From the IMG/VR virus record IMGVR_UViG_3300030012_001987, positions 1 through 58,459 of that record: a stretch of 58,459 bases of DNA. The stretch is one strand, 5' to 3'. The notes beneath the pieces were generated by a model. That model was not told where the DNA came from. It did no database searches and was given only the letters and a program-made list of their open reading frames with translations. Shown one piece after another: positions 9,442 through 19,520 of the stretch. Made by a program: the position numbers and the translations under genes. Each line of letters starts with the position of its first letter. The stretch's first letter is position 1. The stretch is from a virus. Its lineage: Duplodnaviria > Caudoviricetes.

Positions 9442-12051
9442 TCACCTGAATGTCGCCTTGAGGAAGTAGACGCTCTCCTTGGGAACGCCATATCTCTTGC
9501 TTAGGTTCTCCATCGAGTCCATGTCTGTCACTATGTTCTCAATCTCACCAGCGGATACCTCTACGTTGTACTCCTTCTCCATGATGTCCATTGCTGTTGA
9601 GATGTGATTGAAGTTATCGAGTTTGGACGTGTTGTAGTAGATGGGCTTGTCCATCATCTTCCTAATTGTGTCATGTACCTCTAGGACTGGTATCTCATCG
9701 GACTTGACAATTTTCATATCATCTAATGCAGAGCGGAACTCTGCCACTTCCTTCTCCATTCCTGCCTTCTCGTAGACAGAACCGCTTCTCTCCAAATAGG
9801 ACTCTATTGCTTCGATGGGGTATATCTCCTCCTTGCTCCAATCCTCTGCTAGTTCTGATACCGACTTTCCACCGAATGTCCTGTCTGACTTGTTGTTCCT
9901 CTGTAGGAAGTTGTGATACCAGTACCCAATCTCTATGTCAATCGCATCCTTGAATGTGTTGCCTCCGACAGCCATTATCTCCATCGCCGCCTTCTTCAAG
10001 TCAAGGAGAGCATTGTCCAACTTGTTCATGTCCTTGAACTTGGATGGATTGCTGAGTTCCTTCAATGCCCTGCTCATCTTGTCTAGTTGCGATGGTATAA
10101 TCAATCCACCCTGCCCTATGCTCTCAGCCCATAGTAGCATGAAGAACGCATTTGCTCCCTTGTTGTCTTGAGTGAGGGTCTTGAACAAGTCAATCGCTGA
10201 ACCCAACTCGCCACTGTCACCGAATGCTATCGCATCATCGAATGGCTTGTACCTGCTGTTGATTGGCTTGACGTAATACTCAAAGATTGCATCCAGCATC
10301 TTGTCGAAGTCATCCTTCAAGTCCCCCAACTCGGATGTGAATGTCTTCTTTCGGCTTGTTCCGAAACCAGTCGTACCCACCGTAGCATCTAGACTTCTTT
10401 CCTGTGCTGTGAATGGGCTTGAGAGTCTCTCCATCTCATTCTCACTACTGTCGATTATCTCACCAACGGCCTTGAGGAAACCAGTGATGTTCTCCATGGT
10501 ACTATTGTAATCCTGTAGTAGTTTACGAGCATCATCATCCAACTCTGAGTAGAGTTCCCTGTCGTCAATCATTGCGATTAACTTGGGAGACACTGGCAGA
10601 TGGTACTCGGAACGAGTCGATGATGCCTGTTGCATGAGTTTGTCTATGTATGATGACAACTCGGAACTGATGTCTGTTGTGTACTTTGCTCCTGCTATGG
10701 CGAAGTTACGGCTTAGTTTTCTCAACTCCTTCAAGAACAGGGGGCCGTCTAGCCAAGCACTATACTTATTCTCCTTCTGCTGTTGAGGCGCGTAGACGTA
10801 GTAGAACAATGGGTCAACATCCACATCTTGCATTATTCTCCTGAGTTTCCTACCAAGCAATGTCCTCTCCTGTGCAGATTCCCTAGCCTCATCGGTTGGT
10901 CTGGTGTCAGTTGCAGATGACTCGTATGGATTGGCATCATCCAAGTCCTCTTCGACTTCCTCGATGCCGTAATCATCATCATCTGATGGAACGACCCTGC
11001 CTTCCTCACCTACTATGGCAGGGCCAAGTTCCCCCAACTCCTCTCTCAGTTCATCACGAATCTTCCTATTAGTGTACTGCCCACTACCAAGACCCTGAGT
11101 CAATGACATGAATCTCTCAAAGAAGATGAGGTACTTGTCCCTCTTGTCCATGTGGTCTTGCATCTTGAGTGGCTTCATTACGAAGGTGTACTGCATACTG
11201 TGAGGATACTGCTTGAACTCATCAGCATACTCACCAACCTTAGCAACGATTCCCTTGAGCCTCTCGTCTTCTGTATCGAAATCCTCCAAGCCATCAGAGA
11301 AGTCACTCACTGCTTTGACTAGTTCATCGAATTTGTTCTCATGTATTCCCTGCCAGTAGTCATAGATTCCCTCTCTCCTAGTCAGGAACTTTAGGTCTAG
11401 TTTACCAATCAGCATGTCAGCATCCAACTTGTCTGCTTCATAGAATGGCATGTCCCTCTGAATGAGTCCAGTGAGATAGTTAATGATTGGCTTGACTCTA
11501 TTTCTGAGTTTGCTGTTTCTCTCAGTCTCCAACGCTCTCTTATATGTCTTGAGTTTGGCTTGACTCGCATCCCCTACAATTTGTAGGTTGATGAGAGATG
11601 GAATTTCATTGGTCAGGAACATCTTGGAGGTTAGCCTTTGTCCCTCTGCGGTGAAGTTCCTGAGAACATCATCTAGTTCTGTTGTCAGTTCAGGTATCTC
11701 CTCGATTACGTCATCGCTGAGACTCGTCAAGATGAACGTGATGTATGACTTGAGGTTCTTCAATCTGCCAATGTTAGGATATCTCTCCTTGAGTTTCTGC
11801 GTGGCCTCCTCTGCCGACATATCCAACTTGGCTGGAAAAACACCGTCTTCTTTCACTACTTGCATCACTTCCTCATTGGTGATGCTTGCTCTGAATGGTC
11901 TCACTAAGTCCTCTGCTTCCTGTAGGGAAAGAGATTCCTTCTGTTTATCATCCACATGATTCTGAATGCTGATTGGAAACTGTCCCTTGTCCTCTGTGAT
12001 GAACTTGCGAACAAATTCAATCCTGTTATCGGCAAGCATCTCTAATGTCAT
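9442..12051 (-). CDS. Large acidic hypothetical protein (putative virion/internal protein)
   Basis: About 870-aa ORF, ATGA-coupled, in the head module. Confidence 0.75.
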   Translation of the reverse strand: MTLEMLADNRIEFVRKFITEDKGQFPISIQNHVDDKQKESLSLQEAEDLVRPFRASITNEEVMQVVKEDGVFPAKLDMSAEEATQKLKERYPNIGRLKNLKSYITFILTSLSDDVIEEIPELTTELDDVLRNFTAEGQRLTSKMFLTNEIPSLINLQIVGDASQAKLKTYKRALETERNSKLRNRVKPIINYLTGLIQRDMPFYEADKLDADMLIGKLDLKFLTRREGIYDYWQGIHENKFDELVKAVSDFSDGLEDFDTEDERLKGIVAKVGEYADEFKQYPHSMQYTFVMKPLKMQDHMDKRDKYLIFFERFMSLTQGLGSGQYTNRKIRDELREELGELGPAIVGEEGRVVPSDDDDYGIEEVEEDLDDANPYESSATDTRPTDEARESAQERTLLGRKLRRIMQDVDVDPLFYYVYAPQQQKENKYSAWLDGPLFLKELRKLSRNFAIAGAKYTTDISSELSSYIDKLMQQASSTRSEYHLPVSPKLIAMIDDRELYSELDDDARKLLQDYNSTMENITGFLKAVGEIIDSSENEMERLSSPFTAQERSLDATVGTTGFGTSRKKTFTSELGDLKDDFDKMLDAIFEYYVKPINSRYKPFDDAIAFGDSGELGSAIDLFKTLTQDNKGANAFFMLLWAESIGQGGLIIPSQLDKMSRALKELSNPSKFKDMNKLDNALLDLKKAAMEIMAVGGNTFKDAIDIEIGYWYHNFLQRNNKSDRTFGGKSVSELAEDWSKEEIYPIEAIESYLERSGSVYEKAGMEKEVAEFRSALDDMKIVKSDEIPVLEVHDTIRKMMDKPIYYNTSKLDNFNHISTAMDIMEKEYNVEVSAGEIENIVTDMDSMENLSKRYGVPKESVYFLKATFR

Positions 12052-13697
12052 ATGTTCTCCCTCAGCCAATCCAACGGTTCTATAGTCTTTCTTTCATGCA
12101 ACATGTTAGTGTTGTACTCACTAAGCAGTGTTGCCATCTTCTCCTTTATCGCTAGTAGCATCTCGTTTCTAATCTCTTTGTACTTGGAAGTGGAGAGTTC
12201 GTCATCTAGTTTCTTCCTGTTCTCGTCACTCTGCTCTCTAGCGTAGCCATTGACCGCGTTTCTTACGTCACTGTCCTTTTCTTGATACGTCAATTCTGTA
12301 AGAGACAAATAGTAAACAAAATCTCCAAGCATCACTTGGTTCTTGTTGTCCTCTGCGGCGAAGAATATCGCTCTATCAGGTTCATCTATCTCAGCAAGAG
12401 TTTGCAGGTACTTAGGGAAAGCCTTCTCACTTGTCTCCTCAGATGTTATCTGCTTCAATGAACCATCATTGTTCCACAGTTCTATCCCCTCGTCTTGTAG
12501 AAGTTCGGACTCCTCCAACCTCTTCTTTGTCTCCATATCAACTGGCCTCACGAAACCCTTGACCTTCTCCTGTAGTTTCTTCAAGTCCTCCTCATGCTCA
12601 TCCAACATGTCCTCCAATGCGTCATCGGAGTTTATACCATATACCTCCAAGGACTCATCCCATTCTCCGCTCATCATCTTGTCATAGGCATCTTTCGGAA
12701 TGGAGAACTTCACATCTACGCTTTCTACTTTCATCTCCTCTCCCAAGTTAGCCAACATGGATTTGAACTCCTTGCTCATCTCCCTGTCTGCGGCGACTGA
12801 ATTCTCAAACGAAACAATGCTCTCACTCCTATCCCATTCCTCTTGCACAGCATTGTCAAACTCGCTTCTCCTGAGTTTGTTGTATAGAATCTCCTTGACA
12901 GTGCTAGACTTTGTGTCGGCAACTACCATGAACTCCTCAAAATTAACCGAATCATTCTCCAAGATATATGATGTTGCAGGTGGAATGTTTCCTCCTTGGT
13001 TAGCCGCCAGTCCAAACAACCTACGTGCGAATTTTGGTTCCAATCCTTCCATGACCGGCAAGTAAGATTCTTTTCCAAGTCTCGTTACATTAGACGTAGG
13101 TGGCAGTGTTAACTCGTTACTTATCATCTTGACATACTCCAACACGGTGTCATCCCCGATTGAGGAAGGGGATACCTGCCTCCTCATCTCCTCGGATGAT
13201 TCCAATTGCCTGAACACCTTCTTCATCTTCTCAGCGAGTTCGGGCTTGTCCTTGACATAATCCCTCAACATATCGTTGTTGACTTTGTTCCAACTTTGAA
13301 TAGCGGAAAACAAGCCCCTTCTCTTACTTCTCTCTATTAGTTCTAAGAGACCATCATGGTTTCCTTCTAGGAAATCCTCAATCTTGTCTTTGAGATATGG
13401 TTTGTCTATTTCTTTGGGGGTTGGCTGTGATTGCCTGTATTCTTTGAGCATTCTCAGATAGTCTTCCTTGTCTTCCAATTTCCAATTGACTTGCTTGAAC
13501 TTCTCTTCAAACTCCTCATCTTCAACTCTCTCTATTTTCTGAGTCAACTTACTAATACTTATTTTTCCGGTTCTCGTATCATACTCGGACAAATCCACTG
13601 GTTCGTTTGTAGCCCCTGCTATGGTCAGCGCGTTTGCAATCTTAACTTGCTCATCAGATAAGAACGGTCTGACTTTCAGCAGAGACTCCCATGCCAT
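12048..13697 (-). CDS. Acidic hypothetical protein (MAWESLLK motif)
   Basis: 549-aa ORF, AGGTGA SD. Confidence 0.75.
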   Translation of the reverse strand: MAWESLLKVRPFLSDEQVKIANALTIAGATNEPVDLSEYDTRTGKISISKLTQKIERVEDEEFEEKFKQVNWKLEDKEDYLRMLKEYRQSQPTPKEIDKPYLKDKIEDFLEGNHDGLLELIERSKRRGLFSAIQSWNKVNNDMLRDYVKDKPELAEKMKKVFRQLESSEEMRRQVSPSSIGDDTVLEYVKMISNELTLPPTSNVTRLGKESYLPVMEGLEPKFARRLFGLAANQGGNIPPATSYILENDSVNFEEFMVVADTKSSTVKEILYNKLRRSEFDNAVQEEWDRSESIVSFENSVAADREMSKEFKSMLANLGEEMKVESVDVKFSIPKDAYDKMMSGEWDESLEVYGINSDDALEDMLDEHEEDLKKLQEKVKGFVRPVDMETKKRLEESELLQDEGIELWNNDGSLKQITSEETSEKAFPKYLQTLAEIDEPDRAIFFAAEDNKNQVMLGDFVYYLSLTELTYQEKDSDVRNAVNGYAREQSDENRKKLDDELSTSKYKEIRNEMLLAIKEKMATLLSEYNTNMLHERKTIEPLDWLRENI

Positions 13698-13705
13698 TGT
13701 CTCAC

Positions 13706-13885
13706 CTACTTGAAATCAAACAATCCCGTTTGTTTCTTCTTGTCCATCTCGGCCTGTCTTCTTGCCTTCTCTTGTCTTTTTTTATGGAACTTCTTTCTCT
13801 CTTCATTATAGCCCATTGTGCTTTTGATGGGTTTTTTCTCCTCTTTGTTTTTGATTAAATTAAACCAATTTCTTTCTGCTTTCAT
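13706..13885 (-). CDS. Small basic protein with WFNLIK motif and C-terminal QTGLFDF
   Basis: ATG 13885 overlaps the upstream stop; GGAG SD. Confidence 0.6.
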   Translation of the reverse strand: MKAERNWFNLIKNKEEKKPIKSTMGYNEERKKFHKKRQEKARRQAEMDKKKQTGLFDFK

Positions 13886-14544
13886 TGCATCTTCTCCTCC
13901 ATTTTTTTCAATCGGAATTGCCAAGATTTGTTCTTCACATCTATGTTTGAGCCGAAGGGTTCACGATTGAATCCCAGAGGAAAAGTTCCACTATCTAGTT
14001 CTATGGGTCTTTTTCTTGGGTCTTCCTCATTGTCGAATATATCACGCCCCAACATTTCCTCTTCTGCATAGGTGGGTTTAGCCTTAGAGGAAACAGGTTT
14101 CATTATTCCTCCTTCTTCACTAGGAAGAGAATCTCTAAACATCTTTAGTTTCTCCTTCTTAGGAGTGTCCTTCCACGATAAATCTTTGAAGTAAAATGGT
14201 GATAATCCCCGCGTGTAGTAATACTTACTAGGCCAATCTAATATGAAATCCGTATTTTGTAACGGTGCTTTTTCATAAAACATATCTCTGTCAATCCAAT
14301 CATGAGATAAGGGAGTTCCGTTTAGAGAAGGAGGCTTGCTATCGAAGAACTCCAACATATTGATGTAGCCATCTTCGTCTAGCATTTTCTCCGCTAATTC
14401 CATCCTTAACCTATTTGCTTCCTTTCTAAAAGCAATTTTATTCTCTTCCCCTACTTTATATTCGGGTTTCTGCCTCGATAGAAAACGTTGGATTCTAGGG
14501 TCATCTTTTGGCTCTTGGCCTTTGACGATGTTCTTCCAACTCAT
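13882..14544 (-). CDS. Hypothetical protein (MSWKNIVK motif)
   Basis: ATG 14544 overlaps the upstream stop. Confidence 0.7.
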   Translation of the reverse strand: MSWKNIVKGQEPKDDPRIQRFLSRQKPEYKVGEENKIAFRKEANRLRMELAEKMLDEDGYINMLEFFDSKPPSLNGTPLSHDWIDRDMFYEKAPLQNTDFILDWPSKYYYTRGLSPFYFKDLSWKDTPKKEKLKMFRDSLPSEEGGIMKPVSSKAKPTYAEEEMLGRDIFDNEEDPRKRPIELDSGTFPLGFNREPFGSNIDVKNKSWQFRLKKMEEKMQ

Positions 14545-15200
14545 GCCATCTTTTCCTCCATTTGCTTTCTGACATCCAACCACACTTCGGGATGATTCTG
14601 CGCGAGAACCTCCTTGATGACTTGCATCTGATGAACTATTATCGTGTCTTGCCTCTTGTGAACCAACTTGCCCTTAAACTCCATGAGGTACTTGAGGCTC
14701 TCACGAATCTCCTTTGCTAACTTGGTCAGCGAGTCGATGTACTTGGGGTCGAGACCATCCTCTGCGAACAACTCGTCAACCTTTGACTCAAGCCTAGTGA
14801 TGTTGCTACTGAGAACCCCAATCTCATCGACATCCTTCTGTGCGATTAGTTGTGCCGCTGACTGTTGTACTAGTGGCTGTAGGTGATGCTTCATGTGTCG
14901 CATGATTTGGTCTTCTGAGCAACCGACTACCTCTGCCGCTGTAGTTGGTGTCATTATCCCATCATGCACCTGCTTCTCTATCTCGATGCGAATCGGGTGT
15001 GTGCATACCTTGCACCGTGGGTTGGATGTGTTAGTGTAGCCAGCCATGTGATTCCTCTGATGTCGTGATGATGTGCCACTGGGCCAGTTCATCCTATTGT
15101 CTAACTCATCGGCAGTGATAGCCATGGACTCCAAGTCATGCTCTAGTTGCTCACGGTCTTCGTGATTGCAAAGTGCGCATCTCTTTCTCGTAATCATCAT
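14541..15200 (-). CDS. Zn-binding HTH-repeat protein, candidate terminase small subunit
   Basis: Two CxxCxH...RHxxxH units followed by a coiled coil; lies in the packaging module; TerS role is inference. Confidence 0.5.
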   Translation of the reverse strand: MMITRKRCALCNHEDREQLEHDLESMAITADELDNRMNWPSGTSSRHQRNHMAGYTNTSNPRCKVCTHPIRIEIEKQVHDGIMTPTTAAEVVGCSEDQIMRHMKHHLQPLVQQSAAQLIAQKDVDEIGVLSSNITRLESKVDELFAEDGLDPKYIDSLTKLAKEIRESLKYLMEFKGKLVHKRQDTIIVHQMQVIKEVLAQNHPEVWLDVRKQMEEKMA

Positions 15201-16450
15201 TACACATCCAATGTTCCTTGTTCACCAGACATAGATGCTTGCTGTCTCTTTCTTTTATCAGCAAGGTCTTGTCTGACGTTCTTTGTTCTCTCTAAGTTCG
15301 TAACTGCGGCTACATTCTTCTTACCGCCATAACCCGGCAAAAACTGTCCTTTCACATCCCTACCTAGTTTAGTTTGCTTGGTTTTCGCTCTTTTTTGCTT
15401 GGCTTCTCTTGCCGCTCTAGCCGCCGGAGATTCTTCTGAACCCTCAGTCAATGTCATACCGAAATCGCTTAACGTGCCAGTTTGGTTTCTCAAGACATCT
15501 TTTGAAGCAGAGGGAAAGTCACCTAGAGTGGTTTGGTTCTCATCTAAAGCGGCTTGCTGTTCCTCCTTGAAATCAGGATTTACCTCCCCATCATCAGTCA
15601 GCGGTGCTGTTGATTTCGGGTTTCCTGTTTCATCCAATACGGGTAAATCTGGTCCGAATCCTGCTTGTGGTGACATTTGTTGTTGATAGTATGGGTCCAT
15701 AACTGTAGAGGCAGGTTCGGGAGATGCAGGAGCAGGTTCTTTACCATACATTCCTGCTAATCTTTGTTCATATGTCTTAAATGGTTCATAGGCGGCAGGA
15801 GATGTAAAATTACCACTACTTGTTCCACTAAATGCATCATCACCGTCTTGGTCTCTAGGCATAAATTGTGGTTGACTGAACCTAGCCAAATCTTCTTTTC
15901 TTTGTCTGGTTCTTGTCACGTTTCTCTTGGAAGGATTATTTCTAAGTGCATCCATGAAAGAATCACCAGAAAATCTTCTCTTGAGTCTTCTTGCACCTTC
16001 ACCTATGTTAAGACCAGTAAAATCCTTGAAGGTTTGATTTGCCGCTCTTCCTAGTCTTCTAGTTTGCTTACTAGATGGGAGAATCTTTCTGTTTACATCA
16101 CCACCGTATTTTCTACCTCTAAAATCTGCTTGGCTTTGTTGAAGTTCTTGATATTCTTTCGGTGATAGATTTTCTTGTATTGCTTGTCTTGCTGTTGTCT
16201 GTTTTAGTCTCTGTCTATCAACTGGTTTTGCACTCGCTAAATCTCTACCATAAGCCGCTACACCACGACCCACTGCACCTAATCCCCTCCCTGCTACATT
16301 GAGAACCTGCCTCGCTCTTGATGGCATTTGACTTGGAACATTAGGTTGTGCTACTGGTTGGGGCTTCGCCGCCTGTGCTTGTTGCTTTGCATTCGCTACC
16401 GCAGGGTCATCCTCATCCTCGGTTTGCTTTAGCACAGTCATCCAATTCAT
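15200..16450 (-). CDS. Low-complexity Q/A/R-rich protein (MNWMTVLK motif)
   Basis: ORF track 15200..16489; ATG 16450. Confidence 0.7.
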   Translation of the reverse strand: MNWMTVLKQTEDEDDPAVANAKQQAQAAKPQPVAQPNVPSQMPSRARQVLNVAGRGLGAVGRGVAAYGRDLASAKPVDRQRLKQTTARQAIQENLSPKEYQELQQSQADFRGRKYGGDVNRKILPSSKQTRRLGRAANQTFKDFTGLNIGEGARRLKRRFSGDSFMDALRNNPSKRNVTRTRQRKEDLARFSQPQFMPRDQDGDDAFSGTSSGNFTSPAAYEPFKTYEQRLAGMYGKEPAPASPEPASTVMDPYYQQQMSPQAGFGPDLPVLDETGNPKSTAPLTDDGEVNPDFKEEQQAALDENQTTLGDFPSASKDVLRNQTGTLSDFGMTLTEGSEESPAARAAREAKQKRAKTKQTKLGRDVKGQFLPGYGGKKNVAAVTNLERTKNVRQDLADKRKRQQASMSGEQGTLDV

Positions 16451-16454
16451 GTTA

Positions 16455-17315
16455 TCACATGCTTCTTGTTGGTTCTGGATACTTCGCATACAGTTCAGCA
16501 GTTACCTGTTTCTGTCCACCCCTTTTCTCCCACTCCGTCATTGCAACACGGCTTCTTGGTAGGACTTGTCCTTCTACTGCTGAACCATCCGGATATGAAC
16601 TAGGATTGCTGTTAGCCCACTCTTGGAAGCGTTGGTTCGTCAGACCGTATCTCTCTTTCTCTCTCCTATTATCCATATCCATAGCAGATTGGATGAATGC
16701 CTGTTTATTTCTCTCCTCCACTCTGGATGGCATCATCCTGTCTGCAAAGTTCGACAATACGTTCTTCTCCACATGACTGAACCAATCTCCCTTCTTCACT
16801 CTGATACCAGTCTTGTCTGCCATGTCGTCATCCTGCTCAGGGTCAACTGGGAACTCCGATGCGTTCTCTGGATTTACCACAGGCTTCTCCGGTTGCTCTG
16901 GTGGCATTCCCATTGGTGGTGGTGGCATCATTCCCATGTCACCCATAGGTGGGGGTGGGGGCATAGGGCCACCAGTAGGTGGTGGTGGAGGAGGCATCTC
17001 TTCCATCATCATCGGGTCTTGCTTGCCTATTTCCTCTCTGCTCTTCTGGTTTCGTGCCTTCAAGCGAGCGAGAAGTTCTGCTTCGTTCTTCTCTGTTCTC
17101 TTCTTGGCATCCTCGTCTTGTGTCGTAGAATCTTTAGTTCCCACCTTGGGTACGGTAGGCATCCTTATTTCCCCTATCTTTGGAAACTCAGGTAATTTTG
17201 CAAACGGCCCAGTCTTGCTGTAGTCCGGTCTCTCCATGTCCTCATCAGTAGCGAACTCCTCTGCTACTGCTCTCTCATAATCCGAGAGTTCCTTCAATAT
17301 GTCTTTCCAACTCAT
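16455..17315 (-). CDS. Pro/Met-rich protein (MSWKDILK motif)
   Basis: 286-aa ORF with PPPPP-M repeats; internal WFSHVEK. Confidence 0.7.
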   Translation of the reverse strand: MSWKDILKELSDYERAVAEEFATDEDMERPDYSKTGPFAKLPEFPKIGEIRMPTVPKVGTKDSTTQDEDAKKRTEKNEAELLARLKARNQKSREEIGKQDPMMMEEMPPPPPPTGGPMPPPPPMGDMGMMPPPPMGMPPEQPEKPVVNPENASEFPVDPEQDDDMADKTGIRVKKGDWFSHVEKNVLSNFADRMMPSRVEERNKQAFIQSAMDMDNRREKERYGLTNQRFQEWANSNPSSYPDGSAVEGQVLPRSRVAMTEWEKRGGQKQVTAELYAKYPEPTRSM

Positions 17316-17324
17316 TCTATCCCT

Positions 17325-17660
17325 CTATTGTTCTTTTTGTTGTTGAATTTTGTCTTTTACATAGTTAGCACCCATTTGTGCGCCCTGTGCTATTACTTTT
17401 TTTCCTGTAGGTGTAGAGGCGACGGCTCTTGCTCCTGCCGCTACTGCGGGTAGTATCTTCTCAAGTTCTTCTTCCTCATCGTCAATCTTGTGAGTTCCGC
17501 AATCTCCCTTGATGGTCTCAAACCAGTCTGATTTCTCCAACTCCATATCTAGTTTCAATGTCCCCTCAAGGAAACCCAAGGCTCTAGCAACTTTGTCCTC
17601 TGCCACCATATCCGAATCTAGAATCTCTATGGCCTTCTCTATCTTACTCTTCCAATTCAT
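17325..17660 (-). CDS. Hypothetical protein (MNWKSKIEK and WFETIK motifs)
   Basis: 111-aa ORF. Confidence 0.65.
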   Translation of the reverse strand: MNWKSKIEKAIEILDSDMVAEDKVARALGFLEGTLKLDMELEKSDWFETIKGDCGTHKIDDEEEELEKILPAVAAGARAVASTPTGKKVIAQGAQMGANYVKDKIQQQKEQ

Positions 17661-17745
17661 TTCTCCCTCTCCCGTAGCAGTACATGCAAATAGCCAGTGC
17701 GTGGTTGTCTCTCAAAACTTCCATCCCACAACATGGCAACTTCAT
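17644..17745 (-). CDS. 33-aa Cys-rich peptide
   Basis: Manual translation MKLPCCGMEVLRDNHALAICMYCYGRGRNELEE; ATGA overlap with the upstream gene. Confidence 0.45.
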   Translation of the reverse strand: MKLPCCGMEVLRDNHALAICMYCYGRGRNELEE

Positions 17746-18920
17746 GCATTCACCTTCATTATGGTTCTCCAATCAGTCTCTTCGACATCAGCACTGGTCT
17801 TCACCTCATCAGTCTCCTTGGCTTCCTCGGCCTCCCTCTTCTTCCTCTTCATGTAGGTTGAATCGGGATGTGGCTTCCATCCAGCGAGTTTCGCCATGTT
17901 AGCCATCTGCCTCCTTGACATCGTGATAAATATCTTCTCTATGTCGTTGGGTATGCCACCCATCTCCTGTGCTATCCTCTTGACGATATTGACCTCCCTG
18001 TTCGTCTTGAGCATGATTGGAACGTTCTTGATTTGAGTTGCCGCTCTTGTCGTTGCGAAGTTACCACTGGCAGTTGTGTACTCCTCATGGTCAACCATCA
18101 TCTTGAACATCTTGGCAATCTCAGGAATCTCCAAGGCTAGTTTCGCACTGCCTTGTCCTTCGATTGGAATCGGTGTGGCTGGGTCCAACTCAAAGTCCAA
18201 CTCTTGTAGGTCTTTGATTGCATCCTTGATTATCCTATGAAGACTCATCGAGTTCTTACCGAGGAAGTTCCCCTCTGCATACATCGCTTGCCACATCGGA
18301 GGTCTTGCTTCTCCGGGTTCACTGGAATACCACTCAGCAGGAACAGCAGACAGATTGTCGTTCTTGAAACTGTTTCGATACTCAACATACTTGTCCGTCA
18401 GATAGTGACCATAGACTGACTCATACCTAGCAATAGTCCCATCTGCGTCATCCCAACTAGCAGGTTGTGTGAACTTGATGTTAGCCGCACTACCACCACC
18501 AACCTCACTACTGTTCTTCCACTCATCCATCTGCTTGTCCAGTGCCATGAGTTTGTTCAGATGCTCCTCGCTGTAGTTCTGAGTTCGGAAGAACTTCTCG
18601 ATGTCATTCATGTCTGCTATTGCATCCCTTGACCAAGGCTCGCCATCAGGACCGCTGTTACCAGCCTGACGACCTTTGATTCCCTGACCCTCGACCATAT
18701 CGAATAGTGACTCACTGAGTTTGGCGTTTCCAATCGCATCCCCACTGAGTCCTTTCGTGGTTCGCAACCAATTAGTCCAGTCCTTGGTGAATGCCTTGTA
18801 GTTCCTACGAGAATTCAACTTATACTTGCCAAGATTAAGTGAAACTCTGTCCTTCTTCAACTTCCTAGCAACCACAGCCACATCCTCCCTCTTGTTCCTC
18901 ATCTTTTTCCAAATCTTCAA
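17742..18920 (-). CDS. Hypothetical protein (C-terminal WRTIMK motif)
   Basis: 392-aa ORF; true start probably a little downstream. Confidence 0.7.
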   Translation of the reverse strand: MKIWKKMRNKREDVAVVARKLKKDRVSLNLGKYKLNSRRNYKAFTKDWTNWLRTTKGLSGDAIGNAKLSESLFDMVEGQGIKGRQAGNSGPDGEPWSRDAIADMNDIEKFFRTQNYSEEHLNKLMALDKQMDEWKNSSEVGGGSAANIKFTQPASWDDADGTIARYESVYGHYLTDKYVEYRNSFKNDNLSAVPAEWYSSEPGEARPPMWQAMYAEGNFLGKNSMSLHRIIKDAIKDLQELDFELDPATPIPIEGQGSAKLALEIPEIAKMFKMMVDHEEYTTASGNFATTRAATQIKNVPIMLKTNREVNIVKRIAQEMGGIPNDIEKIFITMSRRQMANMAKLAGWKPHPDSTYMKRKKREAEEAKETDEVKTSADVEETDWRTIMKVNA

Positions 18921-19128
18921 AGATGGTTCCCTCTAGTTTCTTCTTTTTCTTCGGCTTTATCTTGAGATACTTGCCATACGAGATATTGAACAGCGGAGCC
19001 GTTCCTGCTGATGTGCTAGTTACCGCTCCTGCCCCTCTAAGCACGGTAAACCAGTCATTTTCATCTCTTGACAACGCAATCAAATCAGAAGGGTTGTTTT
19101 CCGATTTGTTTTGAGAATCCTCTACCAT
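18865..19128 (-). CDS. Small protein with WFTVLR motif, ending GGCGCGC
   Basis: 87-aa ORF. Confidence 0.6.
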   Translation of the reverse strand: MVEDSQNKSENNPSDLIALSRDENDWFTVLRGAGAVTSTSAGTAPLFNISYGKYLKIKPKKKKKLEGTIFEDLEKDEEQEGGCGCGC

Positions 19129-19178
19129 CTAACCAAGTTCCACTGGAAGGTAACACTTTATTGTTCTGAATTATAGCG

Positions 19179-19517
19179 TTATTTCTTGGCTTCTGTTTTT
19201 TTCTTCTGCTGTTCTATAAAGTTCCTATATATTCCAGCCTCTTTTGTCTTTCCCATTTCCCTTGCTCTCTGTTCCATGGCAATTGCGGCTTGTGTTTTAT
19301 GTGCATGACTCCTATTGCTATTCTTTATCTTTGAAACTGACCTCTTAGACGTTTTTTCATCCTTGAATCCCAAACCATGAATGGTTCCCTTCGGGTTTTC
19401 ATCAGTGTACAAGTCAGAATGCTTTTTTGAGTTTCTTTTTTGTCCTTTCTTCCTTGGTATTCTTGGTTTTGACTTTTTTAGTATCGATAACCAACTTTTA
19501 GACACGATATTTGTCAC
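19179..19517 (-). CDS. Basic protein (SWLSILK + PRIPRKKGQ...HSDLYTDENPKGTIHGLGF module)
   Basis: 112-aa ORF; module recalled from marine phage proteins, not searched. Confidence 0.7.
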   Translation of the reverse strand: MTNIVSKSWLSILKKSKPRIPRKKGQKRNSKKHSDLYTDENPKGTIHGLGFKDEKTSKRSVSKIKNSNRSHAHKTQAAIAMEQRAREMGKTKEAGIYRNFIEQQKKKTEAKK

Positions 19518-19520
19518 CCA

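Noticed and set aside
728-19114. Plus-strand ORFs in the head module (Ser/Leu/Phe-rich)
   Set aside because: Antisense shadows of Glu/Lys-rich minus-strand genes
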